Counted from the first letter of the stretch, positions 28,621 through 40,287 are shown. The stretch: 64,000 nt of DNA from Pseudomonadota bacterium (GCA_043821645.1 JBDRCO010000081.1:1-64000); one strand, 5' to 3'. Numbers and translations: made by a program. Notes: a model not told the origin generated them from the sequence alone.

Positions 28621-29741
28621 GCGCGAGCCTCGGTCGAGCAGTTCTGCACCATCTGCAGCCGCGCCGGGTCGTCGGGGAAGTAGCGGCGGCCCAGCCACAG
28701 TGCGACCTTGACCAGGCCTATCATCACCGGCACCTCGACCAGGGGCCCGATGACCGCGGCCAGGGCTCCTCCGTGGTGCAGGCCAAAGGTGGCGATGGCC
28801 ACCGCGATGGCCAGCTCGAAGTTGTTGGAGGCCGCGGTGAAGGACAGGGTGGTGGCCTGGCCGTAGCTGGCGCCGACCTTCTTCGACATGAAAAACGAGG
28901 CGAAGAACATCAGCACGAAGTAGACCAGCAAGGGAATGGCGATGCGCACCACGTCCAGCGGCAGCTCGACGATCTTCTCGCCCTTGAGCGAGAACATGAC
29001 GACGATGGTGAACAGCAGGGCGATCAGGGTCAGCGGGCTGATGCGTGGGATGAAGCTGTGCTGGTACCAGTGCTTGCCCTTGAGCTTGAGCAGTGTGAAG
29101 CGCGTGACGATGCCAGCGACAAAGGGGATGCCGAGGTAGACAAACACGCTGCGGGCGATCTCGCCCATGGTGATGTGCACCACCACACCCTCGAGGCCGA
29201 GCCAGGGCGGCAGCACCGTGATGAAGACGTAGGCGTAGACCGAGAACAGCAGCACCTGAAAGATCGCGTTGAAGGCAACCAGGCCGGCGCAGTACTCGGC
29301 GTCGCCACTGGCCAGGTCGTTCCACACGATGACCATGGCGATGCAGCGCGCCAGACCGATCAGGATCAGGCCCACCATGTACTCGGGCTTGTCGTGCAAG
29401 AACAACACGGCCAGGCCGAACATCAGGATGGGGCCGATGATCCAGTTCTGCACCAGGGACAGCCCGAGTACCTTGAAATTCTTGAAGACGGGGCCCATCT
29501 CCTCGTAGCGCACCTTGGCCAGGGGCGGGAACATCATCAAGATCAGCCCGATGGCGATGGGCACGTTGGTGGTACCGACGTTGAACTGGTTGATGAAGGG
29601 CACCACTGCCGGCACCAGGAAGCCTCCGCCCACGCCCAGCGCCATGGCTGCGAAGATCCACAGCGTCAGGTAGCGGTCGAGAAAGGACAGCCGGCGCACC
29701 GGGCTGGGCTGTGCCTGTGCGGCCTGCGGGGGAGTCTTCAC
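28617..29741 (-). CDS. acr3: Acr3 arsenite efflux pump
   Basis: [39 protein letters not shown]. Confidence 0.95.
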   Translation of the reverse strand: MKTPPQAAQAQPSPVRRLSFLDRYLTLWIFAAMALGVGGGFLVPAVVPFINQFNVGTTNVPIAIGLILMMFPPLAKVRYEEMGPVFKNFKVLGLSLVQNWIIGPILMFGLAVLFLHDKPEYMVGLILIGLARCIAMVIVWNDLASGDAEYCAGLVAFNAIFQVLLFSVYAYVFITVLPPWLGLEGVVVHITMGEIARSVFVYLGIPFVAGIVTRFTLLKLKGKHWYQHSFIPRISPLTLIALLFTIVVMFSLKGEKIVELPLDVVRIAIPLLVYFVLMFFASFFMSKKVGASYGQATTLSFTAASNNFELAIAVAIATFGLHHGGALAAVIGPLVEVPVMIGLVKVALWLGRRYFPDDPARLQMVQNCSTEARA

Positions 29742-30175
29742 CGTCGACCTCGTCGTGGCGCGCTGCGAGCTCGCGGGGCTCGTGTGCGCGTGGTGGCGCT
29801 GCTGCTGGCGCAGGCTCCGTTCTCGGTGCAGCTCGCATTTCGGTTCTTGGCAGCGAGCCAGCTGTGCAGACGGTCAAGCAGGGCCGCGGCATCCGCCCGG
29901 CGGGCCAGGCTGGCGCGCAGGGCCTCGAGCTGCGCTGCCACCAGCGCATCGTCGACGGGCCGCAGCGCGTAGTAGGACCACAGGCCGTCCTTGCGATCGC
30001 TGACCAGGCCGGCGTGGCGCAGGGTGGCCAGGTGGCGCGACACCTTGCTCTGGGTGACGTCGAGGGCGGCCAGGATGTCGCAGACGCACAGTTCACGGTG
30101 GTTGAACAGCAGCCACAGCACCCTGAGCCGGGTCTCGTCGGCCAGCACCTTGAAGAAACTCGCCGTGTCCTGCAT
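29738..30175 (-). CDS. arsR: ArsR/SmtB repressor
   Basis: [28 protein letters not shown]. Confidence 0.92.
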   Translation of the reverse strand: MQDTASFFKVLADETRLRVLWLLFNHRELCVCDILAALDVTQSKVSRHLATLRHAGLVSDRKDGLWSYYALRPVDDALVAAQLEALRASLARRADAAALLDRLHSWLAAKNRNASCTENGACASSSATTRTRAPRARSAPRRGRR

Positions 30176-30194
30176 GGGCAGCTCCGCGAAAAAG

Positions 30195-30231
30195 TACTAT
30201 ATTCGTTTATCCGGTTATACGGCACTAGACA
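30195..30231 (-). promoter_or_regulatory. Putative ars promoter/operator
   Basis: AT-rich patch with minus-strand TTGTCT and imperfect palindrome tattcg-tttatc-cggtta just upstream of arsR. Confidence 0.4.
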
Positions 30232-30372
30232 AGCTCGATCTGCCGCGGTGCCCGTTCGCAGCCTCGTCCCGGGCTGCCTCCTCACCTGTCCGGGCTTGGA
30301 ATCCGCGCCGGCTCGACACCATCATGGGCGCGCGCGGCCAAGCGCCCGAGCGCCGCTGTATGGGGTCTGTCC

Positions 30373-30993
30373 ATGAATCGTCACGGTCTGGTTGCCTTGG
30401 CCGCCCTCGTGCTGCCCGCCCTGCTCGCCTGCCCGCACCGCGTCGAACCCGCCCGCGACGCGCGCTACACGACGAATCCGGTGTGCCCCGGTGCGGTCCG
30501 GAAATCGGACTTCGACATTCTTCGCGCCGGCTTTTCTGGCGCCCTCGAGCACAACGAGATCGAGGCCCTGCAGGAGATGGAACAGGCCTACCTCGAGTAT
30601 GCGGACATGGCCGTGGCCTACCCCACCGCAGACTCGGCAACCGAGGCGGCGCGCTATCGAAAATCCCTCGGCCTCAAGCGGCGGAAACTCGACGAGGTGG
30701 TGGCCCAGTACCAGCCCTTTGTCGACTCACCGCGCCCCGAACTGGCGGTGATGAGCCTGTACCGCATCGGCGAGGCGCACGAGCTGCTGGCCGTGGACAT
30801 CGAGAACACGCGCGTGCCCGCAGGCTCCAGCGAGGCGCAGCTGGCCAGCTTCTGCAGCGATCTGTTCGACACCACCCGCGGCCTGCGCGCCACCGCACAG
30901 CGTCACTTTGCGCGATGTACCGAGCTCGCCCGAAAGAGTGGATTGCAGGGAAGCTGGGCCCAGGCCTGCCAGCGCAAGCTCGGCAAGGGCTGA
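30373..30993 (+). CDS. Hypothetical helical lipoprotein
   Basis: Lipobox LLAC; TPR-like helices. Confidence 0.65.
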   Translation: MNRHGLVALAALVLPALLACPHRVEPARDARYTTNPVCPGAVRKSDFDILRAGFSGALEHNEIEALQEMEQAYLEYADMAVAYPTADSATEAARYRKSLGLKRRKLDEVVAQYQPFVDSPRPELAVMSLYRIGEAHELLAVDIENTRVPAGSSEAQLASFCSDLFDTTRGLRATAQRHFARCTELARKSGLQGSWAQACQRKLGKG

Positions 30994-31236
30994 CCACCTG
31001 AGCTGTGCACGACGGCTGATCTGCTCAAAGGGTCGTCGGTGTGAGCAGCCACGTTTTCACAAAGTGCGACCGGCCCTCCCAGGATCGTGGTGTGCTGGCG
31101 GGGTGAATGACGTCGGGACCTGCGCCCGACCGGTGGGTGCTGCCGGGGTGAAGTCGACGGGATTCACTCCCGTCGACGAGGGACGTGCCGAACGCCCCTC
31201 AGACGACCCAGGGCGCCCGACGCCCCCTGGGAGAAG

Positions 31237-32175
31237 TCAGCTCGGTGCCACGTCGGACTGGTCCACCTTGACCGTGACCAGGCCCACCAGCACCTTGAGC
31301 GCGCCCTTCTTGTCGATGTCCTCGACGGTGCCGCGCTTGCCCGACCACAGGCCGGCCAGGATGCGCACCGCATCGCCCTTCTTGAAGCCACCGCGCTTCT
31401 GCTCGGCCTTGGCTTCCTTGATCGCCTTCTTGGCGGCGACATGATCGTTGTCCGGCGCCCAGGCCACGAAGCGGTACACGTCGGCCAGGGGTGCCAGGCG
31501 CTCGGCGCTGGCCTCGGCAATATTCGGCCCCAGAGCCGCGGCGTCCTCGACGGAGCAGGTGGCGCTGACCACCAGCCACTCGGCCTGGGCACCGGCCTCC
31601 AGCCAGGCCGCCACGTCGTCACCGCGCAGCGCGGTCACGTCCTGCTCAGGCAGCTCGCGGCCGTTGACCGCACCCAGGCAGAAACCCTCGCCGCACTTCT
31701 TGAGCAGCTCGACCAGGGCGTCGCGAGCCCAGCCTTCCTTGAGCTTGACCGCGAGGTTGTCGCGATCGACCCGCGCCCGGCGATGAATGCGCAGCGAGGT
31801 CTCGAGCCAGCGGTCGTCGACCACCACGGCCAGCTGCGCGTGCTTGTGGTGTACCGCGATGTCCAGCGCGTCGGGTGAGCTCAGCTTGATCTCGTCTTGC
31901 AGGGCCTTGAGCTGCACCTGCTGCTCGGGCCCGCGCAGCCAGCTCAGCCACTGGCTGTCCACCTTGCGGTTGTTGACCAGGCTGGGTGCGTCGTCGCTGA
32001 GCTCGCGCTTGAGCCCGCCCAGGCCAAGGCCTATGCCCAGCAGCTGGTCCAGGCGATCCGCCAGCGCGGACAGCTTGTCCTTCACCACCCGGCGCTTGAG
32101 CGTGTACATGGCGCTCGAGCGCTTGGGCGCCTGGTAGGTCTCGAAGTCCTCGCTGCTGAAACCCGCAAAGGCCAT
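31237..32175 (-). CDS. Protein with C-terminal KOW motif and DUF1054/YktB-like N-terminus
   Basis: MAFAGFSSEDFETY..; C-terminal FKKGDAVRILAGLWSGKRGTVEDID..LKVLVG. Confidence 0.75.
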   Translation of the reverse strand: MAFAGFSSEDFETYQAPKRSSAMYTLKRRVVKDKLSALADRLDQLLGIGLGLGGLKRELSDDAPSLVNNRKVDSQWLSWLRGPEQQVQLKALQDEIKLSSPDALDIAVHHKHAQLAVVVDDRWLETSLRIHRRARVDRDNLAVKLKEGWARDALVELLKKCGEGFCLGAVNGRELPEQDVTALRGDDVAAWLEAGAQAEWLVVSATCSVEDAAALGPNIAEASAERLAPLADVYRFVAWAPDNDHVAAKKAIKEAKAEQKRGGFKKGDAVRILAGLWSGKRGTVEDIDKKGALKVLVGLVTVKVDQSDVAPS

Positions 32176-32301
32176 GGCACATCCCGATCTCGGCCCGATC
32201 GCTCGGACCCTTTTGCGCTGCCAAAAATGGCCCTGTTTTAATATGGTGCCAAGACATTTCGGCGATGGGCAGCCCCTGCGCGGCGAGCCCATGGTGAGAC
32301 C

Positions 32302-33045
32302 ATGACCGTGCGAGCGCGTGTGCTGGATGTGTTGCTGGTGGCCCTGCTGGTGGCCTACGTGATGGTCGCCATCGCCTGGCTGTGGACCTCGCCCTGGCTG
32401 CTGACCCTGTTGCTGATCCCACCGCCGCTGATCCTGGCCACCCGCGCCGCGTCGACGAGAGAAGCCGCGATCCTGGCCTTCGCGGGTATCCTGCTCGGTC
32501 CCTTCACCGAGGCCTGCAGCGTGGCCGGTGGCCTGTGGACCTACCAGGCGACGGGCGGTCTGCCCCTGGTGCCGCCCTGGATCTTCCCGCTGTGGGGCTG
32601 CTTCACGCCAGCGCTGTGGATCGTGGTGCGCAGCATCAGCCTGCGTCTGCCGCGACCCCAGGTCCCGGCCTTTCACCTGGTCTGGCTGGGCCTGGCCCTG
32701 GCCATCGAGATCATCGCCTACATCGAGCTGGGCCACTCGACGCCCCTGGCCCTGGCGGCGACCGTGCCCCTGGCCGCGCTGCTGCTCGGCTTCAGCCGTC
32801 GCCTCGAGGTGGTGATCATCCTGCTCTTCGGCAGCGTGCTCGGACCCCTGTGCGAGTCCCTGCCCATCGCCTTCGGCGCCTGGACCTACCCCAACCCCGA
32901 GCTGCTCGGCATGCCCGCCTGGCTGCCCCTGGGCTACGGCATCTTTGGCGTGATCGTGGCCCTGTCCGCCGAGGCTGCGCTGGCGTTGTTGCCAGCACCT
33001 CAGACCCTGTCCGCGACGACCTCGTCGCAAGGTTCGCCGGCCTAG
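32302..33045 (+). CDS. Membrane protein with a duplicated DUF2878-like unit
   Basis: Internal repeat LGPFTE..GLWTY..VPPWIFPLWG / LGPLCE..GAWTY..MPAWLPLGYG. Confidence 0.75.
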   Translation: MTVRARVLDVLLVALLVAYVMVAIAWLWTSPWLLTLLLIPPPLILATRAASTREAAILAFAGILLGPFTEACSVAGGLWTYQATGGLPLVPPWIFPLWGCFTPALWIVVRSISLRLPRPQVPAFHLVWLGLALAIEIIAYIELGHSTPLALAATVPLAALLLGFSRRLEVVIILLFGSVLGPLCESLPIAFGAWTYPNPELLGMPAWLPLGYGIFGVIVALSAEAALALLPAPQTLSATTSSQGSPA

Positions 33046-33072
33046 CCCGATTCCAGGTGGAATCGATCGAAC

Positions 33073-33152
33073 GGTGTGGGGCGCAGGGGCAAGACGTTTT
33101 TTCGCAGCTTGCGAGAACAAAACGACTTGCCCCGTCGCGGGGGCCCCACACC
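33073..33152. repeat. 80-bp REP-like nested palindrome
   Basis: ggtgtggggc/gccccacacc outer stem; ggggcaag-a-cgtttt/aaaacg-a-cttgcccc; tcgca/tgcga inner stem. Confidence 0.75.
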
Positions 33153-33286
33153 ACGAACTCCATGGCAGGCGAAATCGGCCTAGCCTTCTCCAGCATCGCC
33201 CTGTCCTCAAGAATCGCTATAATGCGGCCGCGCAGGGCATCCCACGGCGACGCCCGTCCCCACTGTCGTGGTTCCGAGGAGGGTTC

Positions 33287-34132
33287 ATGCGAACCGGTAG
33301 CATCATCCTGTGTTGCCTCGTGCTGAACCTGAGCAGCAACCTGGCGCTGGCGCAAGCTGAGCCTGGTTCCACGGCACCCACTGGCAGCGGTACGCCTGCG
33401 GCCCCTGTGCCACACGGTGGTTCACCTGCCGAAGCCTCTGCCAAGAAACGCCTGCTGCTCATCGATCTCGAGGCCCTGGCCGTCGACCCCGCCACCGCGC
33501 GCATCATCGACGGCCTGGTCACCGATGCCGTACACCGACACAACGACCACATCGAGCTGCTCACCACCGCCGATATGCGGCAGATCGTCGCCCTCGAGTC
33601 CAGCAAGCAGAACATGGGGTGCTCGACCGAAACCTGCCTCGCCGAGCTCGCCGGGGCCATGGGGGCGCGCTACGTGGTGTTCGGCCAGGTCGGTCGGCTC
33701 GAGGAGCTGACCCTGGTGCAGCTCAACCTCTTTGATTCGCTCGATGCGCGCAGCGTGGGCCGCAAGGAGATCCGCACCCGCAGCCTGTCGTCGCTGCCCG
33801 ACGCCCTGCAACCCGCTATTGACGAGCTGCTGGCTCCCCTGTTGCCCGCAGCGGTGCCGACGCCAGCGGTGGCGGCTGCCGAGAGTTCCTCGGTCTCGAC
33901 CTTCACCTGGGTCGGGGGCGGCCTGACCGCCGCCGGCGCCCTGCTCGCCTTCGGGCTGGGTGGTGTGGCGCTGTGGATGGACGGTGAGCTGGCCAGGCCG
34001 GCCAGCGAGGTCGCCCCCGCGACCAAGGATGGCTACCTGCAAGGCGGCCCCTGGCTGCTCGCCGGCACGGGTGTTGGCGGCGCGCTGGCCGTGGCGGGTC
34101 TCGGTCTCGCGCTGTTCGGGCTGATGGAATAG
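33287..34132 (+). CDS. Secreted myxobacterial-type protein with C-terminal hydrophobic hairpin
   Basis: Signal peptide; GCSTETCLAELAGAMGARYVVFGQVG motif; two C-terminal hydrophobic segments. Confidence 0.75.
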   Translation: MRTGSIILCCLVLNLSSNLALAQAEPGSTAPTGSGTPAAPVPHGGSPAEASAKKRLLLIDLEALAVDPATARIIDGLVTDAVHRHNDHIELLTTADMRQIVALESSKQNMGCSTETCLAELAGAMGARYVVFGQVGRLEELTLVQLNLFDSLDARSVGRKEIRTRSLSSLPDALQPAIDELLAPLLPAAVPTPAVAAAESSSVSTFTWVGGGLTAAGALLAFGLGGVALWMDGELARPASEVAPATKDGYLQGGPWLLAGTGVGGALAVAGLGLALFGLME

Positions 34133-34141
34133 GGAGCCGCC

Positions 34142-37015
34142 ATGCGCCACTTTTGCCCTGTCATCGTCATCGCCCTCGGGCTGAGCCAGGGCGCCTGTCA
34201 CCTGCTGGGCCAGGACATCCCCTGCCAGATCCACGCGGACTGCCCGGCCAGCCTGCCGCTGTGCGAGCAGGGTCTGTGCATCGCGGGTACGGTGCCCGCG
34301 GATGCCGGCCTGCAGGACGCTCCGGCCGTGGACAGCGCGATACCTCAGGACGCAGCGCACGACGCAGGCGCCGATGCCAGCGCGCCAGGTGATGCGACCT
34401 CGCTCGACCTGGCCACAATGCCCGACGTCGCCAGCCAGCCCGATGGCACGCCCCCGGTCGATGCGGCGGGGCTGGACCTGGTGCCGCTGCCGGATGGCGC
34501 AACCCCACCGGATAGCACGAGCGCCGGCGACACCAGCTCTGGCATGGACACCAGCCCGGGGATGGACACCAGCGGAGTGCTGGATGCTGGCCCGGACTCG
34601 GGCGTGGATTCGGGCGTGGATTCGGGCAGCGTCGACGCCGGCACCGGCAGCATTCCCGTCGTCACCTGCAGCACCATGCCCGCAGGCAGTCCTGGCGCAG
34701 ACACCTGCTTTGTCGTCAACGGCAGTGGCACAGACCTCATCGTTTACGGCGACGTGTTGCTTCCCGACAAGATCTTCGCCGGCGGAGGCGTGCTCATCAG
34801 CGCCGAGGGTTACATTCAGTGCGTGGGCTGCGACTGCCAGACACAGTCGCCGAACGCCAAAGGCATCGTGTGCCCGGGCGCCGCCGTGTCCCCTGGCCTC
34901 ATCGACGGTCGCGTACACATCAGCTACTCCAATGGCAACCCGGTGAACCCTGTGGACGGCGGCTATGACGGCCCCATAGATCCTGACCTGCGCTACGAGC
35001 ACCGCCACGACTGGCGCCAGGGAACGGGCGACGATCCCAAGCTCAACACCACAGCGCCAATGGCGACAGCCAATGGCAAGATCTGGGCCGAGGCGCGCTG
35101 GCTGCTCGCCGGCACCACCAGCGCGAATGGCTCGGGCAACGGCACCGGCCTGGTGCGCGGCCTCACCCATGAGAGCCCGCGACCTCTTTCAGGTGGCGCT
35201 GCGACCCAGTTCGACACCTTTCCTCTCGGCGACGTTTCGGGAGAAATGCACGTTGGCAATTGCTCATACGGCAGCTTCCCGACGCAGACTGCGGGGCGCA
35301 CCTACACCCCGGTGGTGGCCGAAGGCATAGGCAAGGAGGCGAACAACGAGTTCCAGTGCCTGTGCTACGACATCACTGGCCACGACAGCCTGGCGCCGCC
35401 CGCTGCTCTGATGAGCGCCATCGCCCTCGATGCCTATGATGTCGATCGCATGGCCACGCTTGGCCTGTCCCTGATCTGGACCCCGCGCTCCGACCTGTCG
35501 CTGTACGGTGACACCTCACCGGTGCCCTTGCTGCGAACCATGGGCGTGGAGATAGGCCTTGGCTCGCTGTGGCCCACCACGGGCTCGCGCCACCTGCTGC
35601 AGGAACTCAGGTGCGCACAGCAGGCCGGCCACGACCTGTTCGCGGACCAGCTCGACGCCCACGAGTTGTGGCGCATGGTGACCTACGGTGCGGCCGCAGC
35701 CCTCGACATCGACGACGCCATCGGTGTGCTGCGCCCGGGTCTTCGCGCCGACATCGCCGTGTTTGCACCCGCGGGCCGGCGCTACTACCAGGCCGTGGTC
35801 GACGCCACCCAGGCCGAGGTGGCGCTGGTCCTGGTCGACGGCAAGATCAAGGCCGGGCGCTCCTCCGTGGTGGGGACCCTGGGCCAAAACTGCACCACCG
35901 TCAGCGCGTGCGCCCTGGAGTACACGATCTGCCTCGACGGTACCGGGGTGGACTGGAACACACTTGGCGACGACGCGACCACCTCCGGCTGGCCTCCGCT
36001 GTTCGATTGCCTGCAGCCCGTCTACGAGCGCCCCTGCCTGGCCGCGCGCATCCTGACCGTCGACGCCGTGTCGGGCTCCAACACCCACAGCGGCGTCTGG
36101 GCTGCGGATGACCCGGATGGCGACGGGCTCAAGAGCCCGAACGACAACTGCCCGGACCTGTTCAACCCCATTCGCCCCATGGACGACCATGTGCAGGCTG
36201 ACATCGACGGTGACCTGGTGGGCGACGTCTGCGATCCCTGCCCGCTGATCTCAGGCTCGGTGTGCCAGAATCGAAACCGCGACGACCGCGACAACGATGG
36301 CATTTTCAACTGGCAAGACAACTGCCCCTCGCAGGCCAACCCGAACCAGGCGGATGAGGACGGCGATTTCATCGGCGACGCGTGCGACCGCTGTCAGGCG
36401 CATTCGGATCTCGACGGCTCGCCCTGCCCGGTGACGCTGTACGAGGTGCACACCAACACCGCTCTGCTCGGACGGCTCGTCGCGGTATCGAACGTGGTGG
36501 TCACCACCGTGGGACCGCGGGGCTTCTTCGTGCAGATGGATCCCGCGGACCTGGCCCGGTACAGCGGTCCCGGCCACAGCGGCATCTACGTGTACACGTC
36601 GTCAACCCCCAGCGTGGCCGAGCGGGACATCGTCGATATCACGGGCGCGGTGCCGACGCCGTACTACGACATGCTGGAGCTGGCCGGAAGCCCGACCTAC
36701 ACCGTCGTCGGGCAGGTGACCCTGGCGCTGGCGCCTGTCGTGCTCACCAGCACCGAACTGGCCACCGAGGCGAGCCTCGGCATGGAGAGCCCGCTGATCG
36801 GAGTCGTGGTGCAGGTCGACAGTGCCACCGTCACCGCTGTCGACAGCGGCACCAACAACTTCACGGTCGGCAGCGTGCTGGTGGTGGCCGACGAGCTCTA
36901 CCCATTCACCTTGCCGGCGGTGAGCGACACCTTGCCACTGGTGCGTGGCCCCCTGACCTGGTCCTTCAATGCGCTCACCCTGTGGCCGCGCAACGCTGCG
37001 GATCTGGGCGGCTGA
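34142..37015 (+). CDS. Large lipoprotein: degenerate amidohydrolase domain, thrombospondin type-3 repeats, OB-fold-like tail
   Basis: Lipobox QGAC; SPGLID..H; IWTPRSD..LYG; IGVLRPGLRADIAVF; DxDxDGxxxxxDNCP repeats; VVTTVGPRGFFVQ. Confidence 0.8.
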   Translation: MRHFCPVIVIALGLSQGACHLLGQDIPCQIHADCPASLPLCEQGLCIAGTVPADAGLQDAPAVDSAIPQDAAHDAGADASAPGDATSLDLATMPDVASQPDGTPPVDAAGLDLVPLPDGATPPDSTSAGDTSSGMDTSPGMDTSGVLDAGPDSGVDSGVDSGSVDAGTGSIPVVTCSTMPAGSPGADTCFVVNGSGTDLIVYGDVLLPDKIFAGGGVLISAEGYIQCVGCDCQTQSPNAKGIVCPGAAVSPGLIDGRVHISYSNGNPVNPVDGGYDGPIDPDLRYEHRHDWRQGTGDDPKLNTTAPMATANGKIWAEARWLLAGTTSANGSGNGTGLVRGLTHESPRPLSGGAATQFDTFPLGDVSGEMHVGNCSYGSFPTQTAGRTYTPVVAEGIGKEANNEFQCLCYDITGHDSLAPPAALMSAIALDAYDVDRMATLGLSLIWTPRSDLSLYGDTSPVPLLRTMGVEIGLGSLWPTTGSRHLLQELRCAQQAGHDLFADQLDAHELWRMVTYGAAAALDIDDAIGVLRPGLRADIAVFAPAGRRYYQAVVDATQAEVALVLVDGKIKAGRSSVVGTLGQNCTTVSACALEYTICLDGTGVDWNTLGDDATTSGWPPLFDCLQPVYERPCLAARILTVDAVSGSNTHSGVWAADDPDGDGLKSPNDNCPDLFNPIRPMDDHVQADIDGDLVGDVCDPCPLISGSVCQNRNRDDRDNDGIFNWQDNCPSQANPNQADEDGDFIGDACDRCQAHSDLDGSPCPVTLYEVHTNTALLGRLVAVSNVVVTTVGPRGFFVQMDPADLARYSGPGHSGIYVYTSSTPSVAERDIVDITGAVPTPYYDMLELAGSPTYTVVGQVTLALAPVVLTSTELATEASLGMESPLIGVVVQVDSATVTAVDSGTNNFTVGSVLVVADELYPFTLPAVSDTLPLVRGPLTWSFNALTLWPRNAADLGG

Positions 37016-37079
37016 ACCCCGTCCTTCGACCGCGTGTCCCTTTGATGCTTCGAGCAGAGGCGGCCTCGATGCATCTGGT

Positions 37080-38738
37080 TCAGCGCCTGATGTGTTCGTT
37101 GACCTTGGTGTTCTTGCCCTCGTGGATCACGAACGAGCGCGTGAACACCGTCCTGTTGCCGCCGGGCTCGGTGAGCACGAGCTGGTGCTCGCCGGTGGGC
37201 AGCCGGACGTTCTCCAGAGGTGTCGGCCCCAGCGCCTTGCCGTCGACGTAGACCAAGAAGTACGGCGTGCTGCCGGGCAAGGTGAGCGTACCGTAGGTGG
37301 TGACCGGCGCGATCTCGGGCGGACGCACCTCGGCCGGCGGCCTGGGCTTGAGCGAGGGGTATCGCGGCGGCTTCTTGCCTGGCCGGGATCGGGGATCTGG
37401 CCGCGCCAGGACCGCACGGTCCGCTGCCGAGGCGTCGGGTGCGCCGTCCACCACCGCCGTCGCCACGCCGACATCCGGCGCGACGGCCAGGGCCGCATCG
37501 CGCGCCACGGCGTTCGCCGCATCGGTCGGATCCGCCGTCACCCCCGGACGCAAGCCCCACACGCCCCCCACACCCAGCGCCAGCAGCAAGGCCGCCCCCA
37601 CCAGCAAGCGTCCAGCGCCGGCGCCCCGCGACGACGCGATGGCGGTCGCGGTCGCGGTCGAATCCTCGTCTTCGCGCGCCAGGGGGCCGCGCGCGGGCCT
37701 GACATCGGCATCTGAGGCCAGGGTGGGTTGCTGCTCGTCGTAGGCGCCCGCGGCGAGCGTCGACTGGTCCGGCGCCCGGCCCGCAACAGTAGCGATCTGT
37801 TCGGGCGAGCGCCGCGGTCCCGGAAAGAGCAGCTGCAGGTGCGCGGCCAGGTCGACCGCCCCGGCGGGGTGGCCCAGGTGCGCGATGAGCTGCTCGAGGG
37901 CGCGCGCCAGCACATCGGCACTGGCAAAACGCTCCTCGCGATCCGGCGATAGCGCGCAGTTGATGATGCGCGCGGCTGCCTCGGGCAGCTCAGGGCGCAG
38001 GCTGCGCGGGTCGCGGGCCCGCTCGCCGGCGATGGCCTGTATGGTGGCGTAGACCCCGTCGCGCACAAAGGGATTGTGGTGCGTGCACAGCTCGAACAGC
38101 ACCGTGCCCAGCGAGAAGATGTCACTGCGCGCATCCAGCGGCTCGCCCCTGGCCTGCTCGGGCGACATGTAGGCGGGCTTGCCGCGCAGGATGCCCTGCT
38201 GCGTGGCGGTGGCGCGATCGCGGCTCTTGGCGATGCCAAAGTCCAGCACCTTGACCGCGCCGTCGACGGTGATCATCAGGTTCTGCGGTGACACGTCGCG
38301 ATGCACCACGTGCAGAGGCTGGCCCTGCTCGTCGCACAGGGTGTGCGCGTGGTGCAGACCGCGCGCGGCCTCGGTCAGGATGCGAGCAGCCAGCGACAGC
38401 GGCATGTGCTCGCCGCGGCGCATCTGCTCGACGACGAGGTGGGTCAGGCTATCGCCGACCAGGTACTCCATGACCAGGTAGTACAGGCCCTGGTCCTCGC
38501 CAAAGTCGAACACCTGGCACACGTTGGGGTGGGTCAGGCGTGCCGCCAGCCGCGCCTCGCTGAAGAACAGCTCCTGCACCTCGGGCGAGTCGAGAAACTG
38601 CGGCAGCAGCACCTTGATCGCGGCCTGCTTCTCGAAGCCCCGGGCGCCCTCCTTGCGCCCGAGCACCACCGCGCCCATGCCGCCCTCGCTGAGGCGACCC
38701 ACGATGCGGTAGCCACCCAGGGTGGGCGGGAGCTGCAT
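37080..38738 (-). CDS. Membrane Ser/Thr protein kinase with C-terminal PEGA-like domain
   Basis: GGMGAV, AAIK, HRDVSPQN, DFG, YMSPE; TM segment; VYVDGKALGPTPL. Confidence 0.92.
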   Translation of the reverse strand: MQLPPTLGGYRIVGRLSEGGMGAVVLGRKEGARGFEKQAAIKVLLPQFLDSPEVQELFFSEARLAARLTHPNVCQVFDFGEDQGLYYLVMEYLVGDSLTHLVVEQMRRGEHMPLSLAARILTEAARGLHHAHTLCDEQGQPLHVVHRDVSPQNLMITVDGAVKVLDFGIAKSRDRATATQQGILRGKPAYMSPEQARGEPLDARSDIFSLGTVLFELCTHHNPFVRDGVYATIQAIAGERARDPRSLRPELPEAAARIINCALSPDREERFASADVLARALEQLIAHLGHPAGAVDLAAHLQLLFPGPRRSPEQIATVAGRAPDQSTLAAGAYDEQQPTLASDADVRPARGPLAREDEDSTATATAIASSRGAGAGRLLVGAALLLALGVGGVWGLRPGVTADPTDAANAVARDAALAVAPDVGVATAVVDGAPDASAADRAVLARPDPRSRPGKKPPRYPSLKPRPPAEVRPPEIAPVTTYGTLTLPGSTPYFLVYVDGKALGPTPLENVRLPTGEHQLVLTEPGGNRTVFTRSFVIHEGKNTKVNEHIRR

Positions 38739-38746
38739 GCCGGGGC

Positions 38747-40159
<1,413 letters not shown>

Positions 40160-40185
40160 CGGGATGCCCTCACAGGCAAAGGCGT

Positions 40186-40287
40186 GCTACCTCCAGGTAC
40201 CAGTCGACCGTCCCAGGTCCTGCAGGTGGAACCTCAAGGTACCACAGCCTCTTCACCCGCGCCCAAACTTGGAACCTGCAGGTACCA
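40186..40287. promoter_or_regulatory. Three phased palindromes, candidate enhancer (UAS) sites
   Basis: GCTACCTCCAGGTACC at 40186, GGAACCTCAAGGTACC at 40228, GGAACCTGCAGGTACC at 40271; spacing 42 and 43 bp. Confidence 0.7.

Noticed and set aside
28213-30285. Apparent 690-aa ORF ending in ArsC, and similar long N-terminal extensions of dsrK, dsrN, the KOW protein and the 37-kb kinase
   Set aside because: The extensions overlap real genes in other frames; true starts were reassigned from RBS position and stop/start overlaps.
31153-31177. Perfect 10-bp hairpin gtcgacggga-ttcac-tcccgtcgac
   Set aside because: It lies between convergent genes and is most simply a terminator-like stem; there is no further support.
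34530-34630. Short tandem repeats (ggcgtggattcg; atggacaccagc)
   Set aside because: They encode the low-complexity GVDS/GMDTS linker of the lipoprotein, which is ordinary.
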